The notes under the pieces: generated by a model
Database searches by the model: none
Told to the model about the DNA's origin: nothing
The model's input: the letters and a program-made list of their open reading frames with translations, nothing else
Translations under genes and position numbers: made by a program
Part shown: positions 49,213-61,021 of the stretch, one piece after another
How positions within the stretch are numbered: the first letter of the stretch is position 1
How the letters are laid out: each line of letters starts with the position of its first letter
Source of the DNA: Tubulanus polymorphus
Lineage: Eukaryota > Animalia > Nemertea
DNA: 64,000 nucleotides
Assembly: GCF_964204645.1 (NCBI RefSeq)
Contig: NC_134030.1
Coordinates: forward strand, 15,996,110 to 16,060,109
Reading direction: 5' to 3'

Positions 49213-50525
49213 TTATATAATAAAAAAAATTTAAAATATAATATTCCTCCGATTACAATTCCTATACAAGTTAAAGCTAATTTAGCATTTTCATGGGATT
49301 TATTATCATTATCAGTTTTAATTATATCATGTTGAATAATATCAGTTTTAATATTTTCTGATGTATTGTAATCTTTTATTTTAGAATCATTATTTAATTT
49401 AATATTCTTAGTTTTAGTTTCTGTTGATTGAATATGTTTTTTATTTTTTTCGCCTTCCATTAATTTTGGAGCAGTAATAATCTTTTTATTTATATCATTT
49501 AATCCAAATGAATTATTTATTGTTGCAGTTTTAATTAGATTATTATAACCAATTATGTTTCCCATCTTTAATACTAAATCATTAGAAATAATTAATAGAT
49601 TAGGGCCTATACTATAATTTAATCTAATATGTGATTTATCTAAATAATTTTGATATCTTACAATGTTTTCTGGAATCGATCTATTTTTATCATTATGAAT
49701 TGAATCTTCAAATAATACTTTGAATTGTTTCTGCGCATCGAATGAAGTGTTATCATTTCCAATTATTGGGGATCTTGTTTCAACTTGCGCACCTAAAATA
49801 CATATCAAATAAGTTCTAATAGATTGATTTATTCTTTGTATACCTGATTTTGTAAAACCTTCACCATTTTCTAAAATGAAATTAACCCAACCATTATTAT
49901 TATCAATTTTATAATTATGATAAGCTCCAATTCTATGCATATAATCAATTCTTTTTATTTCATACTGTTCACCAATACCTTGCAATTTACCATGCGCTCT
50001 GAAATCGGAATTAATATTTATATTGAATTCATTACATATTTTATAAAACTTAGATAGATTAATATTATTATCCAATTCTTTAAAATATTTAGATCCGGGC
50101 AAAGGACATTCTAATTCATTTAATATTATTCTGATTTGAAAATATGTGTGAAATCTAAATATTGTGGGAATTAATTTTAAATCAGAATACTTCAAATTTT
50201 TATCTAAGTTATTTAAATGATCATTCCAACTTATTCCACATCCTGTTGTTGCACAATAAACAGCAAAATTTAATTGATTCTGCCAATATTTCATATTAGA
50301 TTTTACTTTATATATATGGTATTCATCTCGAGTAAAAGTAACTTCATATGTATTAAATATATTTTCCATTTTAGAAATAAAAAACTGTGATTCAGTAACA
50401 TAAATTTCTAAATTAGTTAATGAATTTAAAACTACATTTCTATATGTAATATTTTTCTTAAAATCTATTGCAGGAATATTATATTTAATTGATTTATTAT
50501 AATGGAAAGCTTTTGGAAACCCCAT
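49182..50525 (-). CDS. 447-aa Polinton protein of unknown function with C-terminal TM anchor
   Basis: Intact long ORF, TAAATG start, WQNQLNFAVYCATTGCGIS core, LALTCIGIVIGGILYF tail. Confidence 0.8.
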   Translation of the reverse strand: MGFPKAFHYNKSIKYNIPAIDFKKNITYRNVVLNSLTNLEIYVTESQFFISKMENIFNTYEVTFTRDEYHIYKVKSNMKYWQNQLNFAVYCATTGCGISWNDHLNNLDKNLKYSDLKLIPTIFRFHTYFQIRIILNELECPLPGSKYFKELDNNINLSKFYKICNEFNININSDFRAHGKLQGIGEQYEIKRIDYMHRIGAYHNYKIDNNNGWVNFILENGEGFTKSGIQRINQSIRTYLICILGAQVETRSPIIGNDNTSFDAQKQFKVLFEDSIHNDKNRSIPENIVRYQNYLDKSHIRLNYSIGPNLLIISNDLVLKMGNIIGYNNLIKTATINNSFGLNDINKKIITAPKLMEGEKNKKHIQSTETKTKNIKLNNDSKIKDYNTSENIKTDIIQHDIIKTDNDNKSHENAKLALTCIGIVIGGILYFKFFLLYKWKNIFQLIL

Positions 50526-50541
50526 TTATATAATTAAAAAA

Positions 50542-50973
50542 TTAATAATTTATTAATTCTTTTAATAATTTATCTTGTTCTTCAACTGTTATATGACCAT
50601 TTAAACTTATTATATAATCTAGTGTATTCTTTTATTTATAAATTTCTTTTATATTAGTTTTAATTTTTTCTTTATTACTTTTTATATTTAATTTTGAACT
50701 TATACCGGTTAAAACACTTGAACTTAATCCTAACACGCCAATTGATATAGCTAAAGGTGTTAATGGTGAAAATATTGCTAGAAATGTTATTACAGAACTA
50801 ATTGTAACCGAACCACTTATAATCAAATAATATATAATTTTAGATTTTAAATATTTTTTCTAACTTTTAAGTCACTTTCAAATTCTAATATTTGTTTTTC
50901 TAAATATGTTTTTAATTTAGTTTTACTGATATCATGAGGAATAATATCAATATTATCAACTTTATCTTCCATT
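50542..50973 (-). pseudogene. Coiled-coil / two-TM / coiled-coil membrane protein, disrupted
   Basis: TAAATG start MEDKVDN; hairpin of two small-residue-rich helices (ORF 50632-50826); reads on past stop to SLNGHITVEEQDKLLKEL. Confidence 0.6.
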
Positions 50974-50992
50974 TATTTAGCAAAAAAAATTA

Positions 50993-51415
50993 CTAATTAG
51001 TAAACTTATAAGCAACAAATATAACAATAACTGTTCCACCTTAAATCCATATTATTTCATATTTCTGTTGTTCTTTACTCGGGGTATAATAATCTGATAA
51101 TTTAGGTTTGTATAGATGTAATTTTTCTTTATTGGTTACCGCGTTATATAAACTCATTGCATCATCAACTGATTGAAAATCTCTGTGTGAAATCTTCTGA
51201 TCATATAATTCTTTGTTAATATAATCCATATAGTTTTGTCGTTTTTCTCTATATTCTTCTGCAGCTTTATTATATTTTTCTAACGCTAAGTTATGTCTTT
51301 TTTGTTCTGATAATGAACCATTTTTATCAATATGCTTGAATAAGTAACCACCACCAGTAAATGCTAAAGCGTTAACAATTGCCGATCCTATAATAGTTAT
51401 AATTGCAGAAGCCAT
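50993..51415 (-). pseudogene. Small membrane protein (N-terminal hydrophobic helix, coiled coil, C-terminal TM broken by a stop)
   Basis: MASAIITIIGSAIVNALAFTGG; read-through YEIIWI*GGTVIVIFVAYKF. Confidence 0.7.
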
Positions 51416-51439
51416 TTATTTAGTAAAATAATTATGCAT

Positions 51440-52120
51440 TTATATGGGAGGAATATATTTTTGTGTTTCCAAATAATCAATAGTTAAATTAGTTAAAGTA
51501 ACTGCTAATGTTAATTTTAAAATATCATTTATATCAAATCTATCAACATTAACACTTCTTATTTTGAATACTTTTTTTAATACCATTGAATAACCAACAG
51601 TTCCAACTGATAGTAATGGTTTGAAATCACATTCTGTTAAATTATAATTTATTTGCGTTCCAAATTCTTTAACATTCTTCAATGGTAAAATGTTTAGTAA
51701 ACCAGAATTACAAGTTATATCTTTAGTTGCTTCGAATGTTTTTGTAGGATCGATTAAATTGCAATAAATATAAAAGTGTGTAAAAGGTATTAAGTTTGGT
51801 GTAGCATCAATATTTGTAAAAGATTTATCTGGAGGAATTCCTAGATCTTCACTTGATAATCTAAGAAATCTATCTGGTAAATATGTTCTGAATTTATGTG
51901 TATTTCCTTTTAATCCTTCATATTCTAAGTGTATAACTAATTTATCTCCATAGTTATTAGTAACTGTATCAATATTTGTAATTAGATATTTCTTATGAAT
52001 TGTTAATTCTGTTAACTTTTTGAATTTATAATCTACAGATTTTACATTTGTAGTATCTTTTATTCTATCTAGAAATAATTTGTTGTTCTCTCTTTTCAAT
52101 TTCTTCAATAACCATTTCAT
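51440..52120 (-). pseudogene. Probable deletion-derived chimera (OB-fold-like + penton-like + small helical protein fragments)
   Basis: Three dissimilar segments; middle FYIYCNLI..LLNILPL..G.QI.Y..FKPL resembles Polinton minor capsid C-terminus. Confidence 0.45.
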
Positions 52121-55100
52121 GATCTTCAGATCTTAAACATCTCATCTTATGTTTTCTAACTTCTTCATTGAATATACAATTGATGTAATCTTTGAAATGA
52201 ATATTCTTTTCTACTACACTTTTGGTTATTCCTTTTAACTTTTTAGCTTCATGTTCTTTAGTTTTATATGAATACATTTTAGACCTAATACCAATGAATT
52301 CAATCATTTCTTCACCACCTAATTCATCCTTAAACTTCCCTGGAACTTTTTTATTAACATTGCTAAACAATTCATGATCTTTAGGATAATTACTGAAATC
52401 AAAATGATGTTTTAATGTTTTTAAATCATCAGTTATGCTATCAGTTTTTATCTTTAATATGTAACTGTCGGTATCAAAATATAATATTTCTATATGTTTT
52501 TCTCCAAAAAGTGGTTGTAATACATTATAATAGAATTCATACATTAGTAATTTTGATAATTCTAAAACTGAAGCGCCAACATAGATTGGTTTATTAAATT
52601 TCATTGATGTTCTTCTCATCTTAACTGCAGCTAAATTTTCATCAAATATTCTGTTACCTATAAATTTAGGATATGTTTGTAAATGTCTAATTCTTTTACC
52701 ATTACTAACTAACTCGATATCATTTCTATTTCTAATATTTTCAAAAGTCTTACCATAGAATGCATTATTCATTAACTTGAAGAAATCTTTCTCGAAATCA
52801 GTTTTAGCTTTAGTTCTCTGTTTGGTGTTAAAATCTATATATTTTTCTAACCACTTAGATTAGCTGAATGAAATATATCTATGTACTTTTTTTATAATCA
52901 TTCCTTGATTCAAATAAAACTTTAACATTCTATTATGTACTACATAATTATATTTATCTTCTTGAGTTACCATTAACTATTCTGTATGAATATGATTTTC
53001 GGGTTTAATTCTTTTTTGGTAATTTGATAATTCTTCATGAGTTACAGTTTTATGTTCGGGACAGTAAGCTAGATTTCTAGATTTAAATTTTTTATCTTCA
53101 GGATATTCTAAATCTACAACAAAGAAGTAACCAGTATCTGAATCATCTGCAATATCTAGAATTCTTTTCTTCCAATCAAATTTATCATTATTTTCATTCT
53201 GAAAAACTTCAGTTAATTCAAATACTCCATAAGGTTGTGGTTCCATCATTGCCCAACCATACAAATTATTTGCATCTATATATAATAAATTATATCCAGG
53301 GTTATCATTTACATTGAAATATCTATCACCTAATACACCTGAAACACCTCCTATTATAGATTTTTCATATAATAGTAATTGATCTATATTTGTTAACAAA
53401 TCCATTTTTATATCTGTAAATTTTAATCCACAATCCCATGCTAATCCTGGACTTGAATAACAATGACAAGGATCAATGTTAAAATATTTCAGGTTTACAT
53501 CTCTAAACCTTTCGAATATATGGGTTAATAATAATACATCTGATTTTAAATATATATCTACTAATTGCCCATGATTTTCTATTTTGAAATGATTCCAAAT
53601 ATTCAATGTTCTATTATATACTTCATCTTTAACATATTCATTTTTTAATTCATCATAAAATTGTTCTTTCAATAATTCAGTTATATTAAAATCATTATGT
53701 GATTTATAAAATGAATATGGAATTGCTCCTTTATATCTCATTAATTGAAAATCATCATTATTTTGGTAATATTCTTTTAATATCTTTAATTCATCATCAA
53801 CTAATGATTTAGATAAGTTATCCAATGAACTATTTAAAAATCTATATGAATCTATAAATCTTAGGCAACCAAATTGGAATGATATATAATTCTCAGATGT
53901 TTTAGCTAACATTCTAAATTTATAAGTTGGTATTTTATCTTTTGATCTATTTGAATTTAATCTTTCTATTTCATTATTAATTTCTTCTATTTTATGACAT
54001 AACTGTTTGATGAATAAATGTGCATCATATCCTGATAGATTATGAAATATAACTGGTACAAAGTTAATTTTCTTAGCTTGTAAGTTACAATTCTCATGTG
54101 CAGCGCCTCTAAACTTTCCGTTCAAATGATCATGGTCTCTTACTTTTTTATCTTTATAATTAAATATCTTATCACAATAATAACATTTATCTGCAAACGC
54201 AAATGCTTCTTTATCTTCTTCTGTCATTATAATTTCTATATTTGTATTCAATAATTTACTAAATCTTATTTCATATTCAATTAATAAGTCACAACAAGAG
54301 CCCCAAGGGGCACAATGGCCAGCCTGTCAGATTTGCTTTTTATAAATGATGTAATCTGTGGGTTATATCTATCAATATACACTCCCTGCTCAATATCATT
54401 TACATAGTAAAATCGTGTGTTAACACAGACAGCAGGAACGAATGTAATATAGAAATACGAAGTTATTGTATTGTTCAACGCCCCCTGGTGGCCATATACA
54501 AAAACCAATGAGCTTGAAACTCACCAAGATCATAGACCATGTCATGAGCTACAACATTCCAATTGATTGTGGTAGCAAAATATGCATAGGTACGAATGTA
54601 ATATAGAAATACTAAGTTATTGTATTGTTCAACGCCCCCTGGTGGCCATAAACAAAGACCAATGAGCTTGAAACTCACCTCGATCATAGAACGTCATGAG
54701 CTACAACTTTTCAATTGACTATAGTAGCAAAATATGCTTAAGTATCAATTATGATGTGGAAAAACTTTTTTCCACCTACGAATGAGTACTGATGACTCCA
54801 AGATGGCTGCCAAGTGCGTCGTAATTGCCTGGTCAAAAATACCCTCTCGGATATAAAAGATCCCTTTCCAAAGAATACCCATTACAAATTGCAATGAAAC
54901 ATGGCACACCATTAGAAAGCTACAGTACTCAGAATTCAGGCCAAAATTGACATTTTTGGGAACAAAAAAGGTCACAGTACGGCCATCTTGAGTCCGATCG
55001 ACCCAATTTTTCTCATGCCGATGGGCCCACGGGGGAAACAAATATATACGAATTATCAAGGTTATTGATAAAAGTGTCTTCAAAATTTCCCTCGAAAACT

Positions 55101-58100
55101 TCAAAAATGTGTAAAAAGTGCTGATTTTCGCGAACAACAATGGCTGCCAGTCGGCCATCTTGAATCTGACAGGGGCATTTTGGCCTGAAGATGTGTCTAG
55201 GGTAGATACACGTATAAACCAAATATCAAGACATTACCTTGAAGCGTCTTCAAAACTTTGGAACTCTCACGAACTATCTAGATGGTTATCTCTCTACCTC
55301 AATAGCTTCAAGACCCATCTCAAAACAACTTTGTTCCATGCAGCATACCATTAACTCTCGGAAAGCGAATTGTATTTAACATTTTTTTGGCAGAATAAAA
55401 TTTGATTGAATTTGCAATATGGGCACATGGCTAATTAGCATATCAAGGTCATACACCCTATTTGGTAAAACCATTTTTTTCGCGAACCTTGCGCAATTGT
55501 CAAGGATGAATTTTCTGTAGAGCAAATAAAAATTCCTCCCAAACACCAAATCAACTAAAGATTTCATAGAAATCGATCTTGAAATACAATTTTAAATCTT
55601 AAAATAAAACCCGGAAGTAAAACAGTAGACGATACCGCGGGTTCACGTGAACACCTGATTTCTGTAAACGAAATGTTGGTTGTGACAAAATTGTTCAGAC
55701 GGTTTTAGGTGGTAATAAGTATGGAAACGTAACGACCATGGTCGACTTATTCGATGAAATCAGGCCTATGTGATATCCAAATTTTGACTTTTTTATTCTC
55801 CAGACCTCCCTGATATAGAAATAAAAAATTTTGGTGGTACGAAAGTGCAATCACAGCGCCGACGGGGACAGAGCCGTGTCAGAGATCGGCGGAATGAAAA
55901 TTGAGGTGGACGAACACGAAGAAGTAGGCTATTGCGCTACTTGAATCACGAAAACTCCTGGCGCGGCCCCGACGCTTTTCGTTGATTAAGTAATACAAAT
56001 ATCATGCAATGGGTTTTCACAATCTACCGCTGGTATTTACCGGATTTCAATATCACTCCACAATTCAAAGAAACCTCGAAATATCGAACCGGAACACTTC
56101 CGGTAGATATCCGCGGCTGCCCAACCGGGAAACTTATTTGTTTCAATAGATATTGAAGGATCCATCATCTTCACGCGTCAAGGGATTCAAACCCACTAAG
56201 CTAAAGCCATGCCAGAATCGGGTCGGGCCAATCACAGCGCTTGTAACAAACCACATTAGGCTTCTGTGGAATTTCCCAGTAAATGGGCCAATCAGCGAAC
56301 ACGTAGCGAATGCGGAAGTATTGTCGCGTGTTGATACATGACGTCATGCGCAAAAGCGCCAGTAATGAAATCGCGATAATTCACGTGAACAGCTACTGAT
56401 ATTTTCAGATAAACCAACCACAGGGAAGACACAACTTCCTGATTGGCTGATAAAAATTGAAATTTTCCCGATTTAACTTTCGTGAAAAATGCAGAAAACA
56501 TTTTTATGAGACCCTATTTCAAAATTCTGCTCGCTACGATTCCGAGAATGGATTACGCTTAAATACGTGATTTGTTCGAATATGCCCTCACTTGGCAAGC
56601 AAAAGAGCCTTTTGTGTGGAAACCATGTCATTTAAATTCGCTCCATTTGTATAGTAATAGGCTCAGCCTACGGCTGGCCTAAAAATGATTGATAACATTT
56701 TCATTTCTATAATCATATTATTCACTTTCAATTAGTTCTGGATAATCAGATTTAATATATAACCCGAAAGCTGCAGCTGATTGATGAATCTTTTTAATAG
56801 TATTTGTTTTTGGTGGTTCATCTGAAAAATCATTTTCATTAGAATTTAATTTCTTTCTTTTATAATATATTTCTTTTCTATCTTGATCAGTTAATTCTTT
56901 ATTTAATGATTCAACATCTCCATATATTACAAATGGAACCTTATTTTTGTAATCATATTTTTTGAATTCTAATATTTTATCCTTTTCATTTGGTAAAACT
57001 AATTTACAATTAATTGTTTATGATTTAATAATGTACTTTCATTACTGAATCTATGTAAACATTTTCTACATAGATATATTTTATGATGATCATTTTCTGA
57101 TTTAAAAAATAAATCGATTTGTTTAATCCACATATAATGATTCTCATAATATAATATATCTATAACATCCTTTGAATCATAATCTTTTGATAGGTATAAA
57201 GGTTCTAATGTATAATGTTTTATGTTGTTACCTTTTGTATATGGTAATTTGATTAAATCAAATACATTTATCTTTATATTATTATCTCTTTCTATTTTTG
57301 GGATGTTTTTAATTATAACAGGATACTTATCTATCTTATAATTATTTTCAAATGGTTTATAATGAGTTAATCTACAAATATTATCAGTTGCAGGATGTAA
57401 ACAACTTATTATAGCCCATAGAAAACATTTATCATCAAAATTTTGTACATTTATTACAGCATTAGTTTTAAATGGTAGTTTAATATAACTCGATGCTTCA
57501 ATATCTGGTTCTTTATAATATGATACATTATTTTCATCGATTGGTTTTGATTTAGTTAACTTATTATATTTTGTGTTATAAACATGTAAAGTCATAAATA
57601 TTATTTCATCAAATATTAAACCAGATCCTTCAAAATATTTCTCTTCTTTTTTAGTTTTTACTTCATTATAACATTTATCTAATTTATCATCTATATGTTG
57701 TTTATATATAATATGTTGTGAATGAGAATTTATATTATATATTGGTTTATCTTCAGATTTTATGAATTTGACTTTAACTGATATACTAATTTTAGGATAT
57801 TCAACATCAGTTATTATTTTTATTATTTCTTTCATATTTTCTAAATGTTTTTTATTTTCTTCTAATGTTTTTCCTTTATGAAATTTAAACTCGATAGCTG
57901 CTGGGCCAATATCACTTTTAAATGCTTCGGTTATCTCTATATCTTTTTTATTATCCAATAAATTAATTTATTTTCTTACATCTTCCATGTATGGTCTTTT
58001 ATTGTTTAATTTATTTTTTATGCTTTTAATTGTCTTCTGTTTCTTATCATTATCTTTATCAAAATAATCTTCACCTAAAATATCATTATTCTTATTTCTA

Positions 58101-58345
58101 ATATGACTTTTAGATTTTAAATGTTCATTATAATATCTTTTATCACTGAATGGTTGATTACATGTATCACATTTGTATATTTCTTTTTCATTCTTTAATT
58201 CATCTAATTTAGTTTCTAATATATCATCTTCATATTCTAATTTCAATTTATTCTCTAAATGTGTTTTAGTTTTATTGTGTCTTGCTTTTTGGGATTTATC
58301 TATATTGATATTACATGTTGGACAGTAGTACTTATTTGCTTCCAT
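52065..58345 (-). pseudogene. Protein-primed family B DNA polymerase (pPolB), interrupted and frameshifted
   Basis: N-terminal C2H2 fingers in frame across stop at 57968; NFDDKCFLWA/ENHY; RDHDHLNG..AHENCN; FHNLSGYD, FIDS, YLKSDV; YIDANNLYG, KLMNNAFYGK, YFDTDS, KMY. Confidence 0.95.
54293..56685 (-). mobile_element. HINE family A copy 2 with nested fragments, inserted in pPolB
   Basis: Same ends as 14749-15625; removal restores ..NENVINHF|CDLLIEYE..; T-run target with no TSD. Confidence 0.85.
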
Positions 58346-58953
58346 TTTAATACTAAATTTTTTATTAAAATTGATTTTAGAAGTTCAATGATTTATATAT
58401 GCATTATTTCAATCACACTATACTAACACTTTTAATGTTTAAAAATCTAACTCACACAAATATGAATATTGAAATAATGTTGTAAATATATACTTTTATA
58501 TTGAATAATCTGTCAATTTAAATGTTATTCATTTACATGAATATTTTAAGAGTAATAGGGGTAATGGGCTTTCAGGTTAAAGGTTGAATGGTCGAGTTCA
58601 TTAAAAACAAATATTAAAAGTAATTTAAAACTATAATATATTTTCATAACCGTGTGTATTTCAGTTGAATAATAGAATTATTATTATTATTAAAATATAT
58701 TTGATTATATGAATTTGTGTATTGTAAATAAATCAATTGGTCGCGGAGCGGAGCGGTAGCGAAGTGGAGCGATCAATTGATTTAATACAATATGCTTTTT
58801 AAATTATTGATATCTTAGAATAAATATTTAGTTATAATATTAAATACAAACGGTTATGAAAATATATTATAGTTTTAAATTACTTTTAATATTTGTTTTT
58901 TAATGAGCTCGACCGTTCGACCTTTGATCTGAAAGCCCATTACCCCTATTACT
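58346..58953 (-). repeat. Right TIR containing 403-bp imperfect palindrome (58551-58953)
   Basis: AGTAATAGGGG at 58551 pairs with CCCCTATTACT ending 58953; inner stem ATCAATTGGTCGC/GCGATCAATTGAT around GC-rich apex 58744-58767. Confidence 0.93.
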
Positions 58954-59810
58954 GATGTGCTTCACTTGTACAGATCTTGCTGAATAATAGTGAATAATAA
59001 ATCTTCAAGCAACCGCCTGAGCTCATGCGCGGGATGGGCTGCCAGCGAAAAAATCGCATTTATGGAGATCCATTGCTGACGTTAACGCACATACACACTT
59101 TGCCAAAAAACCACTGCCTGATCTGTATCTCTGCATTACATATAAGGCTTCAAAAATCAAAATAATCAAATCAAACAAGATGTAGGCCTAATTAATAAAA
59201 GATTTCAAGGAAATCAAATAGAAGACTAGATGCGTTTCAATGATTTGTCAAATTTTGAAAGTTATTTGGCATTTGTGGTCGTGTGATGATTTGTATTATA
59301 TCCCCTGAGTCCTCCTTACTCCAGCGGTCCAGCCAGTGCTGCCATCTGGAGCAGTGGTCGAACTCCAGGGAGTCTTTTCTAGTGATGGGTTCTGAATGAT
59401 GGGTTCTCTCCTGTTCCAGGACAATAAAGCAAAGGCAAGTGTAAATAAGTTATCAGGTTGAGTTGTTTATTAGTCAAGTGATTCCTATTGTAGTGGACCT
59501 CCAATTGTTACCACAAACTGGGGAAAACCATAACTTTTACAGACGGACATCAGTTAGTTGATGACAGTATGGTCTTCACGAATGCCAAAGTCTTTCAAAA
59601 GGAATCCTTTCTAGCCTATTCCTTTCATACCTCCTTCTTATATGAATCGGAATGTATCACTACGCAAATTCTAAAGGGACCAAGCAATCAAACTCGATCC
59701 AATTATATAAAAAACAGTAGACTCTTACCTACCCCTGAGTTTGATTAACAGAGAAAGAAAGGAGATTCTGTTGTACTGTATAGTTGACGGTACAAGTAAT
59801 GTATGTATAC

Positions 59811-59942
59811 CTGTCAAAATGATGTAATTCAGTTGTTTCAGATATATTTTCTCCATTGACCACAATACGTGCACCTTCACTTTTGGGTTCTATAGAGTAT
59901 GAATCGTTTTCACATGATATTACTGCATGGTTTTCGTGAATA
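59811..59942 (-). CDS. KIF28P: Host kinesin-3 exon, FHA domain (IHENHAVI...VNGENISETTELHHFDR)
   Basis: acAG/GTATAC, phase 2/2; H.., VNG, L.H.DR FHA motifs. Confidence 0.92.
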
Positions 59943-60527
59943 CTGTAAAAAAAATTGTAAGCATGATATGTCGTTAATTCTTTCAATGATTTGTCCTAGC
60001 CTTCTCTTTTTATAAAAAAATTCGATTCACCTTTATCAATTTACACTGTACTCCATTCAACCCCTGTTTCCAGCAATTACCCTATCATTTTGCTCTCATC
60101 TTATCACCATTCTACGCTACCTTTAAAAACCTCCCATTTTGCCCTCCCCCACTATCTTACCATTCACTATTTTTTTAATCAATCGTTCCTCCCAATAAAA
60201 ATTGCCCTTCACTTCAAACTAGCCTTCGAGCATCCCCCAGATCTTGATGCGTTTATGGTGGAATCTGCTTCAAAACATAGCTCATCATGGATAGAATCTA
60301 ATGGTCCCTATCATCTTAATGTGAACTTCTTATCATGACCTTTTTGGATTGGAATAAAATCCAGTGTTCTCGCTGGGTTGAAAATAATGCATGGTGGTCG
60401 TCAGTTAATGAGGGCCTAAGGTGCAGCTAAGGTACACACAAAAACACTGGGAAATGGACAATTGCCAGAAACAGATGGATTTGCCAACTCCCGAATATTT
60501 CCCAGATTTCATGCATCATTAAGTGTT

Positions 60528-60905
60528 TATGGTGGCTGAGTCGGACCATACTAAAACATTTTCTGTATTGGCACATTTTTGGTTTCTCACGTGAGGATTC
60601 AAAACTTTTGGTTTTCTCACATGAGAAAAAAACATATTGGTTTTCTTGCACGAGAATTAAAAAATTTTGGTTTTTTCGTGCAAGAATTCAAAAAGTTTGA
60701 TTTTCTCGCGTGAGGAAACGAAACATTTCGGTTTGAAAAATTTTTTCTTACTGGCTAGAGGCTGGATAAAAAATTTCTAAATTGGCCCATTTTTCTGGTT
60801 TTCTGACGCAAGAAAGCCAAACTTTTTGAACTCTTGCTCAAAATTCTTTTATCAATTCTCTAGCCGTACAGAATTTTTTTAGCATGGCCCCAATCAGCCA
60901 CCATA
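60528..60905. mobile_element. MITE with internal TCTCACGTGAG-like repeats
   Basis: Inverted ends TATGGTGGCTGA..CCATACTAAAA / TTTTAGCATGG..TCAGCCACCATA. Confidence 0.65.
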
Positions 60906-61021
60906 GGTATTGCTTTGAGATGGTCTCAAGAGTCTATCCCAAAAACACTCACATATCTAACTGATGACATTCCCTAAGTCTCCAATACAAGCATGTAGTG
61001 CATTCCATGAGTCCAACTTAC

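Larger units (their letters stand above)
43430..58953. mobile_element. Polinton/Maverick (polintovirus-like), both ends intact, internally deleted and pseudogenised
   Basis: AG..CT termini, exact 6-bp TSD GATGTG (43424-43429, 58954-58959), long TIRs, pPolB, retroviral-type integrase, packaging ATPase, strongly AT-rich. Confidence 0.97.

Noticed and set aside
43430-58953. Claim that this is a genuinely capsid-less Polinton lineage, or a currently active virus
   Set aside because: Several deletion junctions and a penton-like remnant mean capsid loss cannot be shown from one copy; integrase and pPolB carry stops, frameshifts and an insertion
43430-58953. AT-rich block as contamination or misassembly
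   Set aside because: Exact 6-bp TSD, a host-family HINE inside it, and phase-compatible host exons on both sides indicate a true insertion
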